A stretch of DNA of 64,000 nucleotides from Nitrospira sp. (GCA_047150005.1 AP038806.1:2272001-2336000), one strand, 5' to 3'; shown: positions 40,085 to 52,155, numbered from the stretch's first letter. Made by a program: numbers and translations. The notes: a model not told the origin generated them from the letters alone.

Positions 40085-40759
40085 GGCATTGAAGCACTTG
40101 AAATTGCTTGCCGAGATCGGCCCGGAATCTACACGCGACTGACAGTTCGGGATACAGGATGCGGAATCCCCGAAGACCTGCGCGAGCATCTGTTCGAGCC
40201 GTTTTGCAGTCGAACAAGGGCGAGAACCGGACGCGGATTAGGATTGGCGAGTGTCTATGGAATGGTTCGGCAGGTGGGCGGGCATACTGAGGTGACAAGC
40301 GCCCACGCTGTCGGTACAGAGTTCGCCATTCTGTTTCCCTGTTTTCGGCAGGCTGTTCCCTCGCAAGGCCGTGTTGTTGCTGCTCCGGTCGCGACGGCCC
40401 ATCCGATCATCTTATTGGTGGAGGATGATGAAGATGTTCGGACGGCGGTGGCCGATATGCTCAGATTGGACGGGTATGACGTTCGGGAGTCCTGTGACGG
40501 GCTGAATGCACTGGAACATTTGAGGAGGATGGCAGCGCCGCCGGCACTCGTTCTGGCGGATGTCATGATGCCTCGGATGACCGGCCCTCAGCTCGCCGTT
40601 CAGATCGAAGCCATGATGCCAGGCGTTCGGCTGTTGTATATGCCTGGGTACTCGGACCAGATTCTCGACCCGTTGGACGGGAGAATGCGTTCATTCATTG
40701 CCAAGCCGTTTCGGCGTGATCACCTGATTCGACAGGTTCGAGAAACGCTGTCACGGTAA
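40085..40759 (+). pseudogene. 5'-truncated hybrid histidine kinase remnant (partial HATPase plus receiver)
   Basis: Frame after TAG at 40082 reads PGIYTRLTVRDTGCGIPEDLREHLFEPF..TGRGLGLASVYG then REC; no H-box/N-box or proper start. Confidence 0.75.
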
Positions 40760-40839
40760 GGGGGGGATAGCGCGCAGGATAAACGGCCGCAAGACTAGAC
40801 CATCAACCTGCAAGAGCTTCCGGACAGAGGGAGAGGAAA

Positions 40840-41208
40840 CTATCGGCAATTAGGCGGGGGACTGTTTCCGAAGACCTGTTTGAGGTTCGTCCACCTTTCG
40901 AATTCTCCAGGTGAGAGGTCTCGAGCTCCCAGGCTGCTCGATTTTGTCGAGAGCTTGACCCATTCCTCATACATGGCGCATTCCTCGGCCGAAGCGGCAG
41001 GAATTCTGGACTGCGCATCCCTCATGGATTTGACGTTCTCTCCGGCTGGAGCGGACGATTTCGAATTGAACTCAGGCGATTCGGGAATCGTGCTGAAACC
41101 TTCCCGATTCGATTCCTGTAGCGGCTGGCAACCAGCGCGAGGAGTATCGGTATAGACTTCGCCCGGGCACACGTACAAGGCCGCGGCAACCACGATGGTT
41201 TCCAGCAT
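40840..41208 (-). CDS. small hypothetical protein, possibly exported
   Basis: AAGGGAGG RBS; hydrophobic N-terminus, 4 Cys. Confidence 0.65.
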   Translation of the reverse strand: MLETIVVAAALYVCPGEVYTDTPRAGCQPLQESNREGFSTIPESPEFNSKSSAPAGENVKSMRDAQSRIPAASAEECAMYEEWVKLSTKSSSLGARDLSPGEFERWTNLKQVFGNSPPPNCR

Positions 41209-41308
41209 GGAACCCTCCCTTGGTCGGAACTCTGTGCTCCATCACCCTAGCATGGCTCCTCCAATCCAGAAAGCAAAACGAGGGGTTTTGCAGAGAGGAA
41301 AACGACCG

Positions 41309-42328
41309 TCACCGTTCCATGGTCAGCACGACCCGGAAGCGTGCCTGTCCGCTTATCATGCGGTCATAGGCGGTCGAGGCCTGTTCGAACGGAAATGTTT
41401 CGATCATGGGGCGGATGCCCGTCATCGCGCAGAAGTTCAATGTATCTTCGGAGTCGCGTGCCGTGCCGGACGGCCATCCTTGCACGGAGCGCCTGGCACC
41501 AATGAGTTGGATGGGTGTCACGGTGATGGGATCCGCGGCAGCCCCCACTACGAGCAGCTTTCCACCAACTCCAAGGCCATCGATCAGTTCCGACATGGCT
41601 TTGCTGTTCGGTGCGGTGGCGAGGATGACGGAGGCACCACCCATCTTGGCCAACTCACCTGCGGCATTGACGGTTCCCATGTCGAGGTAGTGCACGGCAC
41701 CGAGTTGTCGCGCCAGGGTTTCCTTGTCTTTGCCGCGTCCGATAGCCACCGTACGAAAGCCCATTTTGCTCGCGAATTGAATGCCGAGGTGTCCCAGCCC
41801 GCCGAGTCCCTGGATGGCTACGAGATCGCCGGCGCTGGCCCCGCTGTGACGCAGGCTGTTGAATGTGGTAACTCCGGCGCAGAGGAGTGGAGCGGCTTCC
41901 ATGGGAGCAAGGACATCCGGGATTACAGCAACGGCTTCACTACGGGCGATCATGTACTGGGCATATCCGCCGTCGCTCATGAATCCGGTGACATGGAAAT
42001 TCTGGCACCCCATGAAATCTCCGCGTCGACAGGGCGTACATTGACTGCAATGGCCGCCGTGCCAACCGACGCCGACCCGCTGCCCCTTCGTCCAACCCAT
42101 AACGCCGGCTCCCACGGCGTCGATTACTCCCGCGATCTCATGGCCGGTCACCCGTGGATATTGTAGACCAGGCCAGTGTCCTTCCTTGACGAAGGCGTCG
42201 CTATGGCAGACGCCGCAAGCCTGGATTCTGATACGGACGGTGTTCGGTTTCGGTTCCGGGATATCGCGGTTCCCGACTTCGAATCGGCCTCCGGGACCGC
42301 TGATTTGCACCACGGTCATCTGAGCCAT
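41309..42328 (-). CDS. zinc-dependent alcohol dehydrogenase
   Basis: CGVCHSD, GHE, CSQCTPCRRGDFMGC, LCAGVT, GLGGLGH. Confidence 0.93.
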   Translation of the reverse strand: MAQMTVVQISGPGGRFEVGNRDIPEPKPNTVRIRIQACGVCHSDAFVKEGHWPGLQYPRVTGHEIAGVIDAVGAGVMGWTKGQRVGVGWHGGHCSQCTPCRRGDFMGCQNFHVTGFMSDGGYAQYMIARSEAVAVIPDVLAPMEAAPLLCAGVTTFNSLRHSGASAGDLVAIQGLGGLGHLGIQFASKMGFRTVAIGRGKDKETLARQLGAVHYLDMGTVNAAGELAKMGGASVILATAPNSKAMSELIDGLGVGGKLLVVGAAADPITVTPIQLIGARRSVQGWPSGTARDSEDTLNFCAMTGIRPMIETFPFEQASTAYDRMISGQARFRVVLTMER

Positions 42329-42436
42329 GTTCGACCTCCTTAGTGCGATGCGCAGAAACACTCCGAGCCTAGATCATTGGATCTTTGATCGCAATACGGG
42401 ATATTGTCCTGGATCGAAACCAAATCAGGAGGATTC

Positions 42437-43291
42437 ATGAAGCGTAAGCGCGAGTCCGGTAAAGACCATTGCCTATTCGGATGGAGAGGCGGCCTCGCGG
42501 CCTTCGCGGTCACGGCAAGTATTGGTTGTGCGGAACGTCCTCCTCAACCTCATCCCTCGGTTCTGCAACGAACTTGGTTGGTCGATCTGACTCATACAGT
42601 CGGAAGCGATACGATCGTGTGGCCCACCGAGCAGGATGTCAAACTTATCGTGCAGCACGCAGAAGACATGCCGGGTGGATACTACTACGCCTCCAATCGC
42701 TTGGAGCTGCCGGAACACGGCGGCACCCACATCGATGCGCCCATTCATTTCTCTAGAGGAAAGCAGACACTGGATCAGGTTCCCATCGAGCGCTTGGTGG
42801 GCAGTGCGGTTCGCATTGATGTCGTGGGTCAATGCGTCAACGATCGCGATTACCGTATCGTGATCCAGGACCTTGAGCGATGGGAATCAGCGCACGGTCG
42901 GATACCGGCTCATGCCATTGTGTTATTGAACACAGGCTTTAGTCGATATTGGCCGTCGAGGAAGGAGTATCTCGGAACCGAACTCAGAGGATTGGGAGGA
43001 GCCGCAGCCTTGCATTTTCCGGGCTTGCATCCCGATGCGGCGACGTGGCTGGTGCGTGAGCGACAGGTCAAGGCCGTCGGGATCGATACTGCGTCGATCG
43101 ATTACGGACGGTCGACCAAGTTTGAAACGCACGTTGCGTTGCTCTCCAATAACGTGCCGGTGTTCGAAAACCTCGCCGACCTCAGGCAACTTCCAGAACG
43201 TGGATTTGATGTGATCGCTCTGCCCACGAAAATCGCCGGCGGCACCGGCGGGCCGCTCCGCATTATCGGTGTCGTGCCCCAAGGCAAATAA
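42437..43291 (+). CDS. cyclase/kynurenine formamidase family metal hydrolase, predicted lipoprotein
   Basis: EHGGTHIDAPIH, HFPG, GIDTASID, GGTGGPLR; AGGAGG RBS; ASIGC. Confidence 0.88.
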   Translation: MKRKRESGKDHCLFGWRGGLAAFAVTASIGCAERPPQPHPSVLQRTWLVDLTHTVGSDTIVWPTEQDVKLIVQHAEDMPGGYYYASNRLELPEHGGTHIDAPIHFSRGKQTLDQVPIERLVGSAVRIDVVGQCVNDRDYRIVIQDLERWESAHGRIPAHAIVLLNTGFSRYWPSRKEYLGTELRGLGGAAALHFPGLHPDAATWLVRERQVKAVGIDTASIDYGRSTKFETHVALLSNNVPVFENLADLRQLPERGFDVIALPTKIAGGTGGPLRIIGVVPQGK

Positions 43292-43381
43292 CTTCGTGAA
43301 GCAGAAGGGGTGGCCAGGCCTGCTCTGCTCACCGCTATGGCTCGACCTTCAGTAGGATCTTAAGAAGAGATCAGAAACACA

Positions 43382-43414
43382 AAGGCCGCCTTTTCAGGTG
43401 GCCTTCTTCGTTTT
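43382..43414 (+). terminator. putative terminator between convergent cyclase and ahcY
   Basis: aaggccgcct-tttc-aggtggcctt stem followed by T-rich tail. Confidence 0.55.
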
Positions 43415-43585
43415 GCATTCCACGAGCAGACCAAGAAATGGAATCTTAGAGCGGGCAGCGGCGAAGGGGCGCCCGTCCGTCCACGATTTTCATGCGGGTG
43501 GTGTCGATCAATCGCTCGCCCGCAGCGGGGTCCCTACACCGGGCGGGGTGCGAGGACGAGCGATGATCGACGACAGGACCCGCGA

Positions 43586-44953
<1,368 letters not shown>

Positions 44954-44959
44954 TCAATG

Positions 44960-46108
44960 CTACAGTCCTGCTTCTCTGCGCAGGACTTTCGCCTTGTCGG
45001 TTTTTTCCCAGGTAAATTCCGGTTCGCTTCGGCCGAAGTGGCCGTAGGCGGCGGTTTTCCTGAAGATCGGACGACGAAGTTTCAGGTGATCGATAATGCC
45101 ACGCGGGGTCATGGGGAAGTGTTTGCGCACGAGCTTGTCGAGGTTGTCGACCGAGACTTTCTCCGTATTCTTCGTGTCGACCAGGACTGAGACGGGATCG
45201 GCGACGCCGATCGCGTAAGCCAATTGCACCTCGCATTTGTCCGCCAACCCTGCCGCGACGATGTTTTTCGCGATGTAGCGCGCCATATACGAAGCGGAGC
45301 GGTCGACTTTTGTGGGATCCTTCCCGGAGAAGGCGCCGCCGCCGTGGCTGCCGTGTCCGCCGTAGGTGTCCACGATGATCTTACGGCCGGTCAGGCCGGT
45401 GTCCCCCATCGGACCGCCGACGACGAAGCGGCCAGTGGGATTGATGTGGTGCTTGACGCTCGTCGGATCATAGAGGCCTTTCGGCATGATCGGCTTGATC
45501 ACCTTCTCCATGATGCCGCGATCGATCTGCTTGTTCGTGACTTCGGGACTGTGTTGAGTCGAGACAACGATCGTGTCGATACGAACCGGCTTCCCGTTCC
45601 GATATTCCACGGTGACTTGGGACTTGCCGTCCGGTCGCACCCAAGGGAGAATGTTCTTCTTGCGTACTTCGGCGAGACGACGGGTGAGGCGATGGGCCAA
45701 CACGATCGGCATCGGCATGAGCTCGGCCGTTTCGTTCGTCGCATAGCCGAACATCAGCCCCTGATCGCCGGCTCCGCCGGAGTCGACTCCCATGGCAATG
45801 TCGCCGGATTGTTGGTGAATGGCCGTCAGGACCGAGCAAGTGTTACTGTCGAATCCCCAGGAGGCGTCGGTATAGCCGACATCCTTGATCACATCGCGGA
45901 TGATGTCAGGAATTTCCACATAGGCCTTGGTGGAAATCTCGCCGGCGACGAATGCGATACCCGTTGTCAGGATCGTCTCGCATGCCACACGCGAAAACTT
46001 GTCCTGGGCGATGATGGCGTCCAGGATACCGTCTGAAATCTGGTCGGCGATTTTGTCGGGGTGGCCTTCCGTTACGGACTCCGACGTGAACAGATAATTG
46101 TTTCTCAT
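44960..46108 (-). CDS. metK: S-adenosylmethionine synthetase
   Basis: [35 protein letters not shown]. Confidence 0.98.
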   Translation of the reverse strand: MRNNYLFTSESVTEGHPDKIADQISDGILDAIIAQDKFSRVACETILTTGIAFVAGEISTKAYVEIPDIIRDVIKDVGYTDASWGFDSNTCSVLTAIHQQSGDIAMGVDSGGAGDQGLMFGYATNETAELMPMPIVLAHRLTRRLAEVRKKNILPWVRPDGKSQVTVEYRNGKPVRIDTIVVSTQHSPEVTNKQIDRGIMEKVIKPIMPKGLYDPTSVKHHINPTGRFVVGGPMGDTGLTGRKIIVDTYGGHGSHGGGAFSGKDPTKVDRSASYMARYIAKNIVAAGLADKCEVQLAYAIGVADPVSVLVDTKNTEKVSVDNLDKLVRKHFPMTPRGIIDHLKLRRPIFRKTAAYGHFGRSEPEFTWEKTDKAKVLRREAGL

Positions 46109-46281
46109 GGGCTCCTCAAGTTCGGTGGACGATTGTCCGGCCGTCCAGCGTGAACGCATTCACAGCGCTGCCGGCCACATGCGTAATTCCTGCGATACTA
46201 GCGGAGATGGGGTGGGATTGTCTATCTATTCGATAGTAGGGATTTGCGCCGCCAGCGTGACAGCCGCTCGCTTGACACCAC

Positions 46282-46311
46282 TTTTCGGGCACTTGTAAGA
46301 TGGCGCTGTCG
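46282..46311 (+). promoter_or_regulatory. putative sigma70 promoter of cytochrome c biogenesis operon
   Basis: TTGACA-18 nt-TAAGAT. Confidence 0.55.
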
Positions 46312-46457
46312 GGGCCTCCCTCCCTTGCGGTTGTACCAAAGGACCTATCGCCAGTGACGGTATCTCCTTCCGGCCTGTAATCGTCCTTGTCAAGCGGCGG
46401 TAGCGTCTTGGGCCAGAAGATTGTGTGTTTGGTGAAAGAAATGGAATTTGTCGGATC

Positions 46458-47885
46458 ATGAATGGCCAGCCTGAAGCGACTGCCGAGCGCGAAACCCCGC
46501 GCAATCCCGCGCCGGGTCTTGGTTGGGAAGAATTCTCAAGAGAACTGGTAGAGTTCTTCGCCTCGATCAAGCTGGCGATGTTTCTGTTCCTCTTCATCGC
46601 CATTACTGCCACGATTGGGACAGTCATCCAACAGGGTGAGCGAGCCGAGACCTACATCCAGGAATACGGGGAGAATGCCTACCGATGGTTTCTGCGGTTG
46701 GGCATCACGGATGTCTACCATACGTGGTGGTTCACCAGCCTGCTCGGACTGCTCTGCGTCAACTCCCTGACGTGCTTCTACAAGCGGTTTCCTGCGGTTT
46801 GGCGCTCGATGAAGCAGGACAAGGTCAGCGTGTCGATGGCCTTCATCAAGGGCTTGAAGCAACAGGCCGAGATTCCTGTCCGTGGTGACAAGGAAACGGT
46901 TGCGCAATCATTGGCCCAGCACTTCATCGAACGAGGCTATCGCGTATTGGCGAAGAACGACGCGGGAGAGGTCACGTTGTACGCCACCAAGGGCGTGCTC
47001 GGGCGTGTTGGCGCGCATATGGCGCATTTGAGCGCGACGGTGATCGTGGTGGGCGGTCTGTTGGGTAGCTACTATGGATTTCAGGAGTTCGGCGTCTGCC
47101 TCGAAGGCCAGACGTATCACATTCCGCGCGGAGATTTCGATCTCAAGGTCGATAAGTTCTGGATCGACTACCATGAAAACGGAGCGGTCAAATCCTATAA
47201 CAGTACCTTGACCGTGATCGAAGGCGGCCGGCAGCAGCTGACCAAGACGATTACCGTGAACGATCCACTGGTTTATAAAGGCATCTGGTTTTATCAGTCC
47301 AGTTATGGAGACGCATGGGACCAAATCGAGATTGCGCGGCTCAATATTAAGGACAAGGAGTCGGACAAGATCATCAAGACGGTCGATCTTGAATGGCAGA
47401 AAGAACAGGCGATCGACGAGTTGAAATTGAGGTTGGCGGTTACGGACTTCGTCGCTGATTTTGCTTTCAATTCTACCGAGAAGAAGGTCTATTCCAAGAC
47501 GGTCGAACATGCCAATCCCGCGATCAAGCTGACCGTCAACGAGCGGAGTACTGTGGAAGCCACTCCGTGGATCTTCTATCAGTTCCCTGATCTCTTCGAT
47601 ATCAAGGATTCGAAATACCAGTTCGAATTGATCGGCTACAAGCCGAAGAAATACACCGGGCTTCAAATCGCCAAGAATCCCGGAATCAACATCGTCTGGC
47701 TCGGATCCACCATGATCGTCGTCGGCATCACCTTGTCCTCCTTTATCTATCACCGAAGGCTGTGGACGAAGATCGTCTCGTCAGATCAGGGTTCGACGGT
47801 GCATCTGGGTGGTACGACGCACAAGAGCCAGATTGATTTTCAGAAGGAATTTCGAAAGCTTACGGAGAAAATCCGCACGTTCTGA
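46458..47885 (+). CDS. resB: cytochrome c biogenesis protein ResB/Ccs1 (System II)
   Basis: FASIKLA, IGTVIQQ, DVYHTWWF, TVNDPL, YQSSY, PGINIVWLG. Confidence 0.92.
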   Translation: MNGQPEATAERETPRNPAPGLGWEEFSRELVEFFASIKLAMFLFLFIAITATIGTVIQQGERAETYIQEYGENAYRWFLRLGITDVYHTWWFTSLLGLLCVNSLTCFYKRFPAVWRSMKQDKVSVSMAFIKGLKQQAEIPVRGDKETVAQSLAQHFIERGYRVLAKNDAGEVTLYATKGVLGRVGAHMAHLSATVIVVGGLLGSYYGFQEFGVCLEGQTYHIPRGDFDLKVDKFWIDYHENGAVKSYNSTLTVIEGGRQQLTKTITVNDPLVYKGIWFYQSSYGDAWDQIEIARLNIKDKESDKIIKTVDLEWQKEQAIDELKLRLAVTDFVADFAFNSTEKKVYSKTVEHANPAIKLTVNERSTVEATPWIFYQFPDLFDIKDSKYQFELIGYKPKKYTGLQIAKNPGINIVWLGSTMIVVGITLSSFIYHRRLWTKIVSSDQGSTVHLGGTTHKSQIDFQKEFRKLTEKIRTF

Positions 47886-47986
47886 GCCGCGCCGGGGAGT
47901 AGTCAAACGGCTGTCTCATTGGGTATTATAATCGATGATGGGCGAGAGCACCGTGAGTTGATTCGATAGATAGACGGAGGCTGTGC

Positions 47987-48901
47987 ATGGCTCGATCACT
48001 CTTTCTTTTCGACATGACATTCTGGCTTTACCTGGCGGCGCTGACCCTCTATGTGGCGTATCTCTTCGCCAGACGCCCCGCCATGGCCTTGGCTCCTGCA
48101 GGACACCTGTCGGAGGAGTTCGAGGACCGGGACGGCGCCTGGGCTACGCAGTTGGGTCAGGTCGCCACGTTGGTCACCGTCTTCGGATGGCTCGTGAATA
48201 CGGCGGCCTTGCTGACCCGGGCCTTCGAACGGTTGGAGCATTCCGGCACCTTTGCACCCTGGTCCAATCAGTTTGAAGCGATGGCCTATGTCTCATGGGC
48301 CATCATCCTGGGCTATGTGTTGTTGGAGTTGCGGTACAAGATCAAGGCGATCGGAGCGTTCGTCGTCGGAATCGGGTTCATCGCCATGGGCGCGGCCTCG
48401 CTGCTGCCCTACCGTTACCAAACTGCCGAACCTCTCGTTCCGGCGCTCAACAGTTATTGGATTTACATTCATGTCTCCGTCACGCTGACCAGCTATGCGG
48501 CGTTTGCCATGGCCGGGGGCCTCGGGTTGATGTATCTGTTCAAAGAGCGGGCGGAGCTCCGGGGTAGCCAATCCCGGTTTTACGCCGCATTTCCCGACTT
48601 GGAAACCATCGATGAATTGGGTTACAAGGCGATCATGATCGGATTTCCACTGTTGGCCTTCGGCATCATCCTCGGGGCGATGTGGGCCAACTATGCCTGG
48701 GGCGGATACTGGAGTTGGGATCCGAAAGAGACCTGGTCATTGATCGTGTGGCTCATCTACGGCGCCTACATTCATGCCCGCATGACCCGAGGTTGGGAAG
48801 GACGACGAGCCGCGATCTATGCGGTCTTCGGGTTCCTCATGGTGATCTTCTGTTTTTGGGGGGTTAACTTCCTCTTGTCGGGATTGCACGCCTACGCGTA
48901 G
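47987..48901 (+). CDS. resC: cytochrome c synthase ResC/CcsA-type (System II)
   Basis: WWD domain WANYAWGGYWSWDPKETW, IHV, SGLHAY. Confidence 0.93.
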   Translation: MARSLFLFDMTFWLYLAALTLYVAYLFARRPAMALAPAGHLSEEFEDRDGAWATQLGQVATLVTVFGWLVNTAALLTRAFERLEHSGTFAPWSNQFEAMAYVSWAIILGYVLLELRYKIKAIGAFVVGIGFIAMGAASLLPYRYQTAEPLVPALNSYWIYIHVSVTLTSYAAFAMAGGLGLMYLFKERAELRGSQSRFYAAFPDLETIDELGYKAIMIGFPLLAFGIILGAMWANYAWGGYWSWDPKETWSLIVWLIYGAYIHARMTRGWEGRRAAIYAVFGFLMVIFCFWGVNFLLSGLHAYA

Positions 48902-49023
48902 CAACAGGACACGAATCCCGGCTGCCGGCGTCACGCTCGGTCGCCTACTCTTTCTGATGCCGGACGTCAGCTCACCGGCAAGACGGTGTGTCCGCACGCA
49001 TCGCGCCGGTGGACCATGGAGGG

Positions 49024-49647
49024 ATGCCCTTGCTTGACCAGCCGACTTCTGTGCCGATAACAAAACCGAGTGCCCCACGCCCCCTGATTCTGATTGCGGG
49101 GACGGTGATTCTTGTCCTGACATTCGCCATCGTGTGGCTGCAGAGCGCGAAGTACGAGCCGCTGGTCGTGGGCAAGCAAGCTCCGGACTTCGCCTTGTCC
49201 GATCTCAATGATAAGCCGTATCGGCTGTCCGATTTTCGCGGGAAGGTGGTGTTCCTGAATTTCTGGGCGACCTGGTGCAAACCGTGCCGGGAGGAAATGC
49301 CCTCCATGGAGATTCTCAACAAGAATTTCGAGAAGGACGGCCTGGTCATTCTGGCCGTGAGCATCGATCGTGTGACGACGACGAAGGAAATCCCTCCGTT
49401 CGTCAAGGGACTGAATCTGACCTTTCCCGTGTTGATCGATTCCTGGGGTAAGACCGACAAACCGTACAAGCGCATGGGAGTCCCCGAGACGTTCATCATT
49501 GATCAAGAGGGTATCATCCGGGAAATCGTGATCGGACCCAGAGATTGGACGAGGCTGGACAGCCTGCAGGTACTGACGAAATTACTCAATGTCACTCCCA
49601 AGGCGGCGGCTGTGGGGTCGGCCCAGCTCTCCAATGTGAAGGGATGA
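49024..49647 (+). CDS. TlpA/ResA-like thiol-disulfide oxidoreductase
   Basis: NFWATWCKPCREEMP, GVPETF, N-terminal TM anchor. Confidence 0.92.
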   Translation: MPLLDQPTSVPITKPSAPRPLILIAGTVILVLTFAIVWLQSAKYEPLVVGKQAPDFALSDLNDKPYRLSDFRGKVVFLNFWATWCKPCREEMPSMEILNKNFEKDGLVILAVSIDRVTTTKEIPPFVKGLNLTFPVLIDSWGKTDKPYKRMGVPETFIIDQEGIIREIVIGPRDWTRLDSLQVLTKLLNVTPKAAAVGSAQLSNVKG

Positions 49648-50183
49648 AACGAACTACCTTATCGCTGAGCTTCATGCTGCTGGCGTTTGCCGCTGCCGGA
49701 CCATTATGTTCCGACGCAGGCCCGGTGATTCCGGTGGCCAAGCGCAGTTTGGTGAAGCCAGGGGACACGGCTCCGAATTTTCAGCTTCGAGATCTCGAGG
49801 GACGGATGACGGCGTTGTCGGACATGCGCGGTAAAGTCGTTCTTATCAATTTCTGGGCGACGTGGTGCGGCCCGTGTCGGGTGGAAATGCCGGCAATGGA
49901 ACAACTCTACCGGTCCTATTCTCGCAATGACTTCGAGATTCTGGCCGTGTCCACGGATCCTCAGGGCGTGGCGGTCACCAGGCCGTTCCAGCAGGAAAAT
50001 CGATTGACGTTTCCCATTTTGCACGACGCCGAATATCGTATAGGGCTTGTGTACGGCGCGCGCAGTCTTCCCATGACGTTCATGGTCGATCGTCAGGGGG
50101 TCGTGCGGCATCAAATCTTCGGCGCGCGTGACTGGGCTGCACCCGAGGCCCACCAGCTGATCGATATGTTACTGAAGGCATAG
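49644..50183 (+). CDS. TlpA/ResA-like thiol-disulfide oxidoreductase (second copy)
   Basis: NFWATWCGPCRVEMP; ATGA overlap with previous gene. Confidence 0.92.
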   Translation: MKRTTLSLSFMLLAFAAAGPLCSDAGPVIPVAKRSLVKPGDTAPNFQLRDLEGRMTALSDMRGKVVLINFWATWCGPCRVEMPAMEQLYRSYSRNDFEILAVSTDPQGVAVTRPFQQENRLTFPILHDAEYRIGLVYGARSLPMTFMVDRQGVVRHQIFGARDWAAPEAHQLIDMLLKA

Positions 50184-50206
50184 TCAGGGCTGCCTTGTCC
50201 CAGTCG

Positions 50207-50941
50207 ATGTCAAATATCTCGCTGATCGCGGCCTTTTCCGCCGGGCTCTTATCGTTCGTCTCGCCCTGCGTCTTGCCGCTCGTGCCTTCCTATATTTCTT
50301 ACATCACGGGGCTTTCAATCGAGCAACTGACTGATGCCGGCACAAGGTCTCGTTTCCGAACGGCGATCGTGGCCAACGCCCTGTTGTTCATCGCGGGCTT
50401 TTCGGTCGTCTTTATCGCATTCGGGGCGTCCGCGAGTTTCGTCGGACAACTGTTGATCACGTATCAGGACCATATCCGGCGCATCGGCGGCGTGCTGATC
50501 GTCGTATTCGGTCTCTACCTGCTGGGCATCCTGAACATCAATTTTCTTCAGATGGAACATCGCTTTCAGTTTCGCAACCGGCCGGTCGGCTATGCCGGCT
50601 CCTTCCTGATCGGGATCGCCTTCGCGGCCGGGTGGACTCCTTGCGTCGGACCGGTGCTGGGCACGATCCTTCTCTATGCAAGCACCACCGATTCACTCAC
50701 GACCGGCGTGTTGCTGTTGACCAGCTATTCGTTGGGGCTGGGGCTTCCCTTGTTTCTGACGGCCCTGGGCGTCGACCGGTTCCTTGCGTATTTCAAACAG
50801 GCGCGCGTCTATCTGTGGGGAGTCTCAACCCTGAGCGGTGTGCTGTTGGTCGTCGTGGGTGTCATGATCTATGCGAACTCGCTGACCATGATTACCAGCT
50901 TCCTGGAGCGTTACGGCATCGGCTGGTATCTCGGCCAGTGA
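50207..50941 (+). CDS. ccdA: cytochrome c biogenesis protein CcdA
   Basis: SFVSPCVLPLVP, GWTPCVGPVL, YSLGLGLP. Confidence 0.95.
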   Translation: MSNISLIAAFSAGLLSFVSPCVLPLVPSYISYITGLSIEQLTDAGTRSRFRTAIVANALLFIAGFSVVFIAFGASASFVGQLLITYQDHIRRIGGVLIVVFGLYLLGILNINFLQMEHRFQFRNRPVGYAGSFLIGIAFAAGWTPCVGPVLGTILLYASTTDSLTTGVLLLTSYSLGLGLPLFLTALGVDRFLAYFKQARVYLWGVSTLSGVLLVVVGVMIYANSLTMITSFLERYGIGWYLGQ

Positions 50942-50943
50942 CC

Positions 50944-51214
50944 GGACGCTGAAACAGGCCTTGGGCGTCGTTCTCACATCGCTCGGACGCTCGATCTTTC
51001 CCTCAATCAGCTTCCTGCCCGCAAGACCATCGAGGCACTCGTTTATTCCGTTCGGATGAATCCTCAGAACTCTTCGCGAGTTCTTTCAGGCTGGTCAAAC
51101 AGGTTGTTCGGCAAGGCTGCAGCGAGAGAGGAGCCGACGTTTAAGTTGTTCGATTCGCTGAGGGTTCGAGCGATGTGAAAACAAAGCCGACGACCGATTC
51201 GGTCAACCTGCTAG
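50944..51214. repeat. pair of inverted degenerate MITE-like repeats between ccdA and bamD
   Basis: 50970-50992 versus reverse complement of 51160-51182 match at 20/23 nt; ends in CTAG. Confidence 0.6.
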
Positions 51215-52155
51215 CACCAGGCTCCGAGCCGGCAATTGACGAAGGACTCTGTCAGCGAGCTGGCAGATGGGATCTGAATGGAGCCACTAGAAGGAGAGGA
51301 ACTGAGGCTGTTGGCCAGAACAGAGGAGCTTGCGGAGGCGGCGGGGATCGTATCGTCCGGTGATGGAGAAGCGGAGGCCGGTTTCTGGGCCACCATCGGA
51401 GCGGATTTCGGCGTCCCGATCTTGGCCAGAAGGCTGGCTCCATCACGGGAGTGCTGGGTGTTCGGATACTTTTGTGCCAGCAGCGTCAGCTTGTCGCTGG
51501 CCCAATCGTCGGCGCCCATTTCGTGATAGCTCAGAGCGAGGAAGTAGAGGGCATCCGGCGCGACAGACTTATCGGGATAGAGCTGCATGATCTGTTCAAA
51601 CCGATGCGCGGCGGCCAGGTACGAACCTCGGCGATAGTAGAACTGCCCGACGAATAGGTGCATCTGGGCGAGAAGATCGTGGCATTCCCGAACCTTCTGC
51701 ACGGCTTGGCTGTCGTAGCGGCTGCCCGGATAGTCTCGGCGCAACCGATCGAAGGACTCGATGGCCTTTTGGACTGGTTCGGGGTCGCGCTCGATGCCCT
51801 TGGCCCGCCTCATTTGACTCTCACCAATGCGGAATGCGGCATAGGAAGCCAACTGATGGTTCCGATGGAGGTCGAGAAAGTGGTTGTACTCGACGATAGC
51901 CTCGGCATACTCTTCCTTCTCAAAGAAGGCCTCGCCGCGTTTCATGATCACGTTCGGATCGTAATTCTTCTCGATCGTATCCCCGAGAAAGATCGACTCG
52001 TCGGTTCCGCTGATGGCTTTCTTCGCGGCCTGATCTCCGTTCTTGGGCGAGCTGGAACAGCCCACCAGCAGGCCGACTACGATGACGGGAACGACGAGCC
52101 GTAGCCCATCACCTGCCAAATCACGGAGATTGCTGCTCAATCGTCGCATCTGCAC
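51211..52155 (-). CDS. bamD: outer membrane assembly lipoprotein BamD
   Basis: LLVGC lipobox, TPR repeats, YPGSRY, VGQFYYRRGSYLAAAHRF. Confidence 0.9.
   Translation of the reverse strand: MQMRRLSSNLRDLAGDGLRLVVPVIVVGLLVGCSSSPKNGDQAAKKAISGTDESIFLGDTIEKNYDPNVIMKRGEAFFEKEEYAEAIVEYNHFLDLHRNHQLASYAAFRIGESQMRRAKGIERDPEPVQKAIESFDRLRRDYPGSRYDSQAVQKVRECHDLLAQMHLFVGQFYYRRGSYLAAAHRFEQIMQLYPDKSVAPDALYFLALSYHEMGADDWASDKLTLLAQKYPNTQHSRDGASLLAKIGTPKSAPMVAQKPASASPSPDDTIPAASASSSVLANSLSSSPSSGSIQIPSASSLTESFVNCRLGAWC

Noticed and set aside
46109..46420. SAM riboswitch upstream of metK (or SAH riboswitch before ahcY)
   Set aside because: No recognisable consensus by eye; an Rfam scan would be needed to exclude one formally
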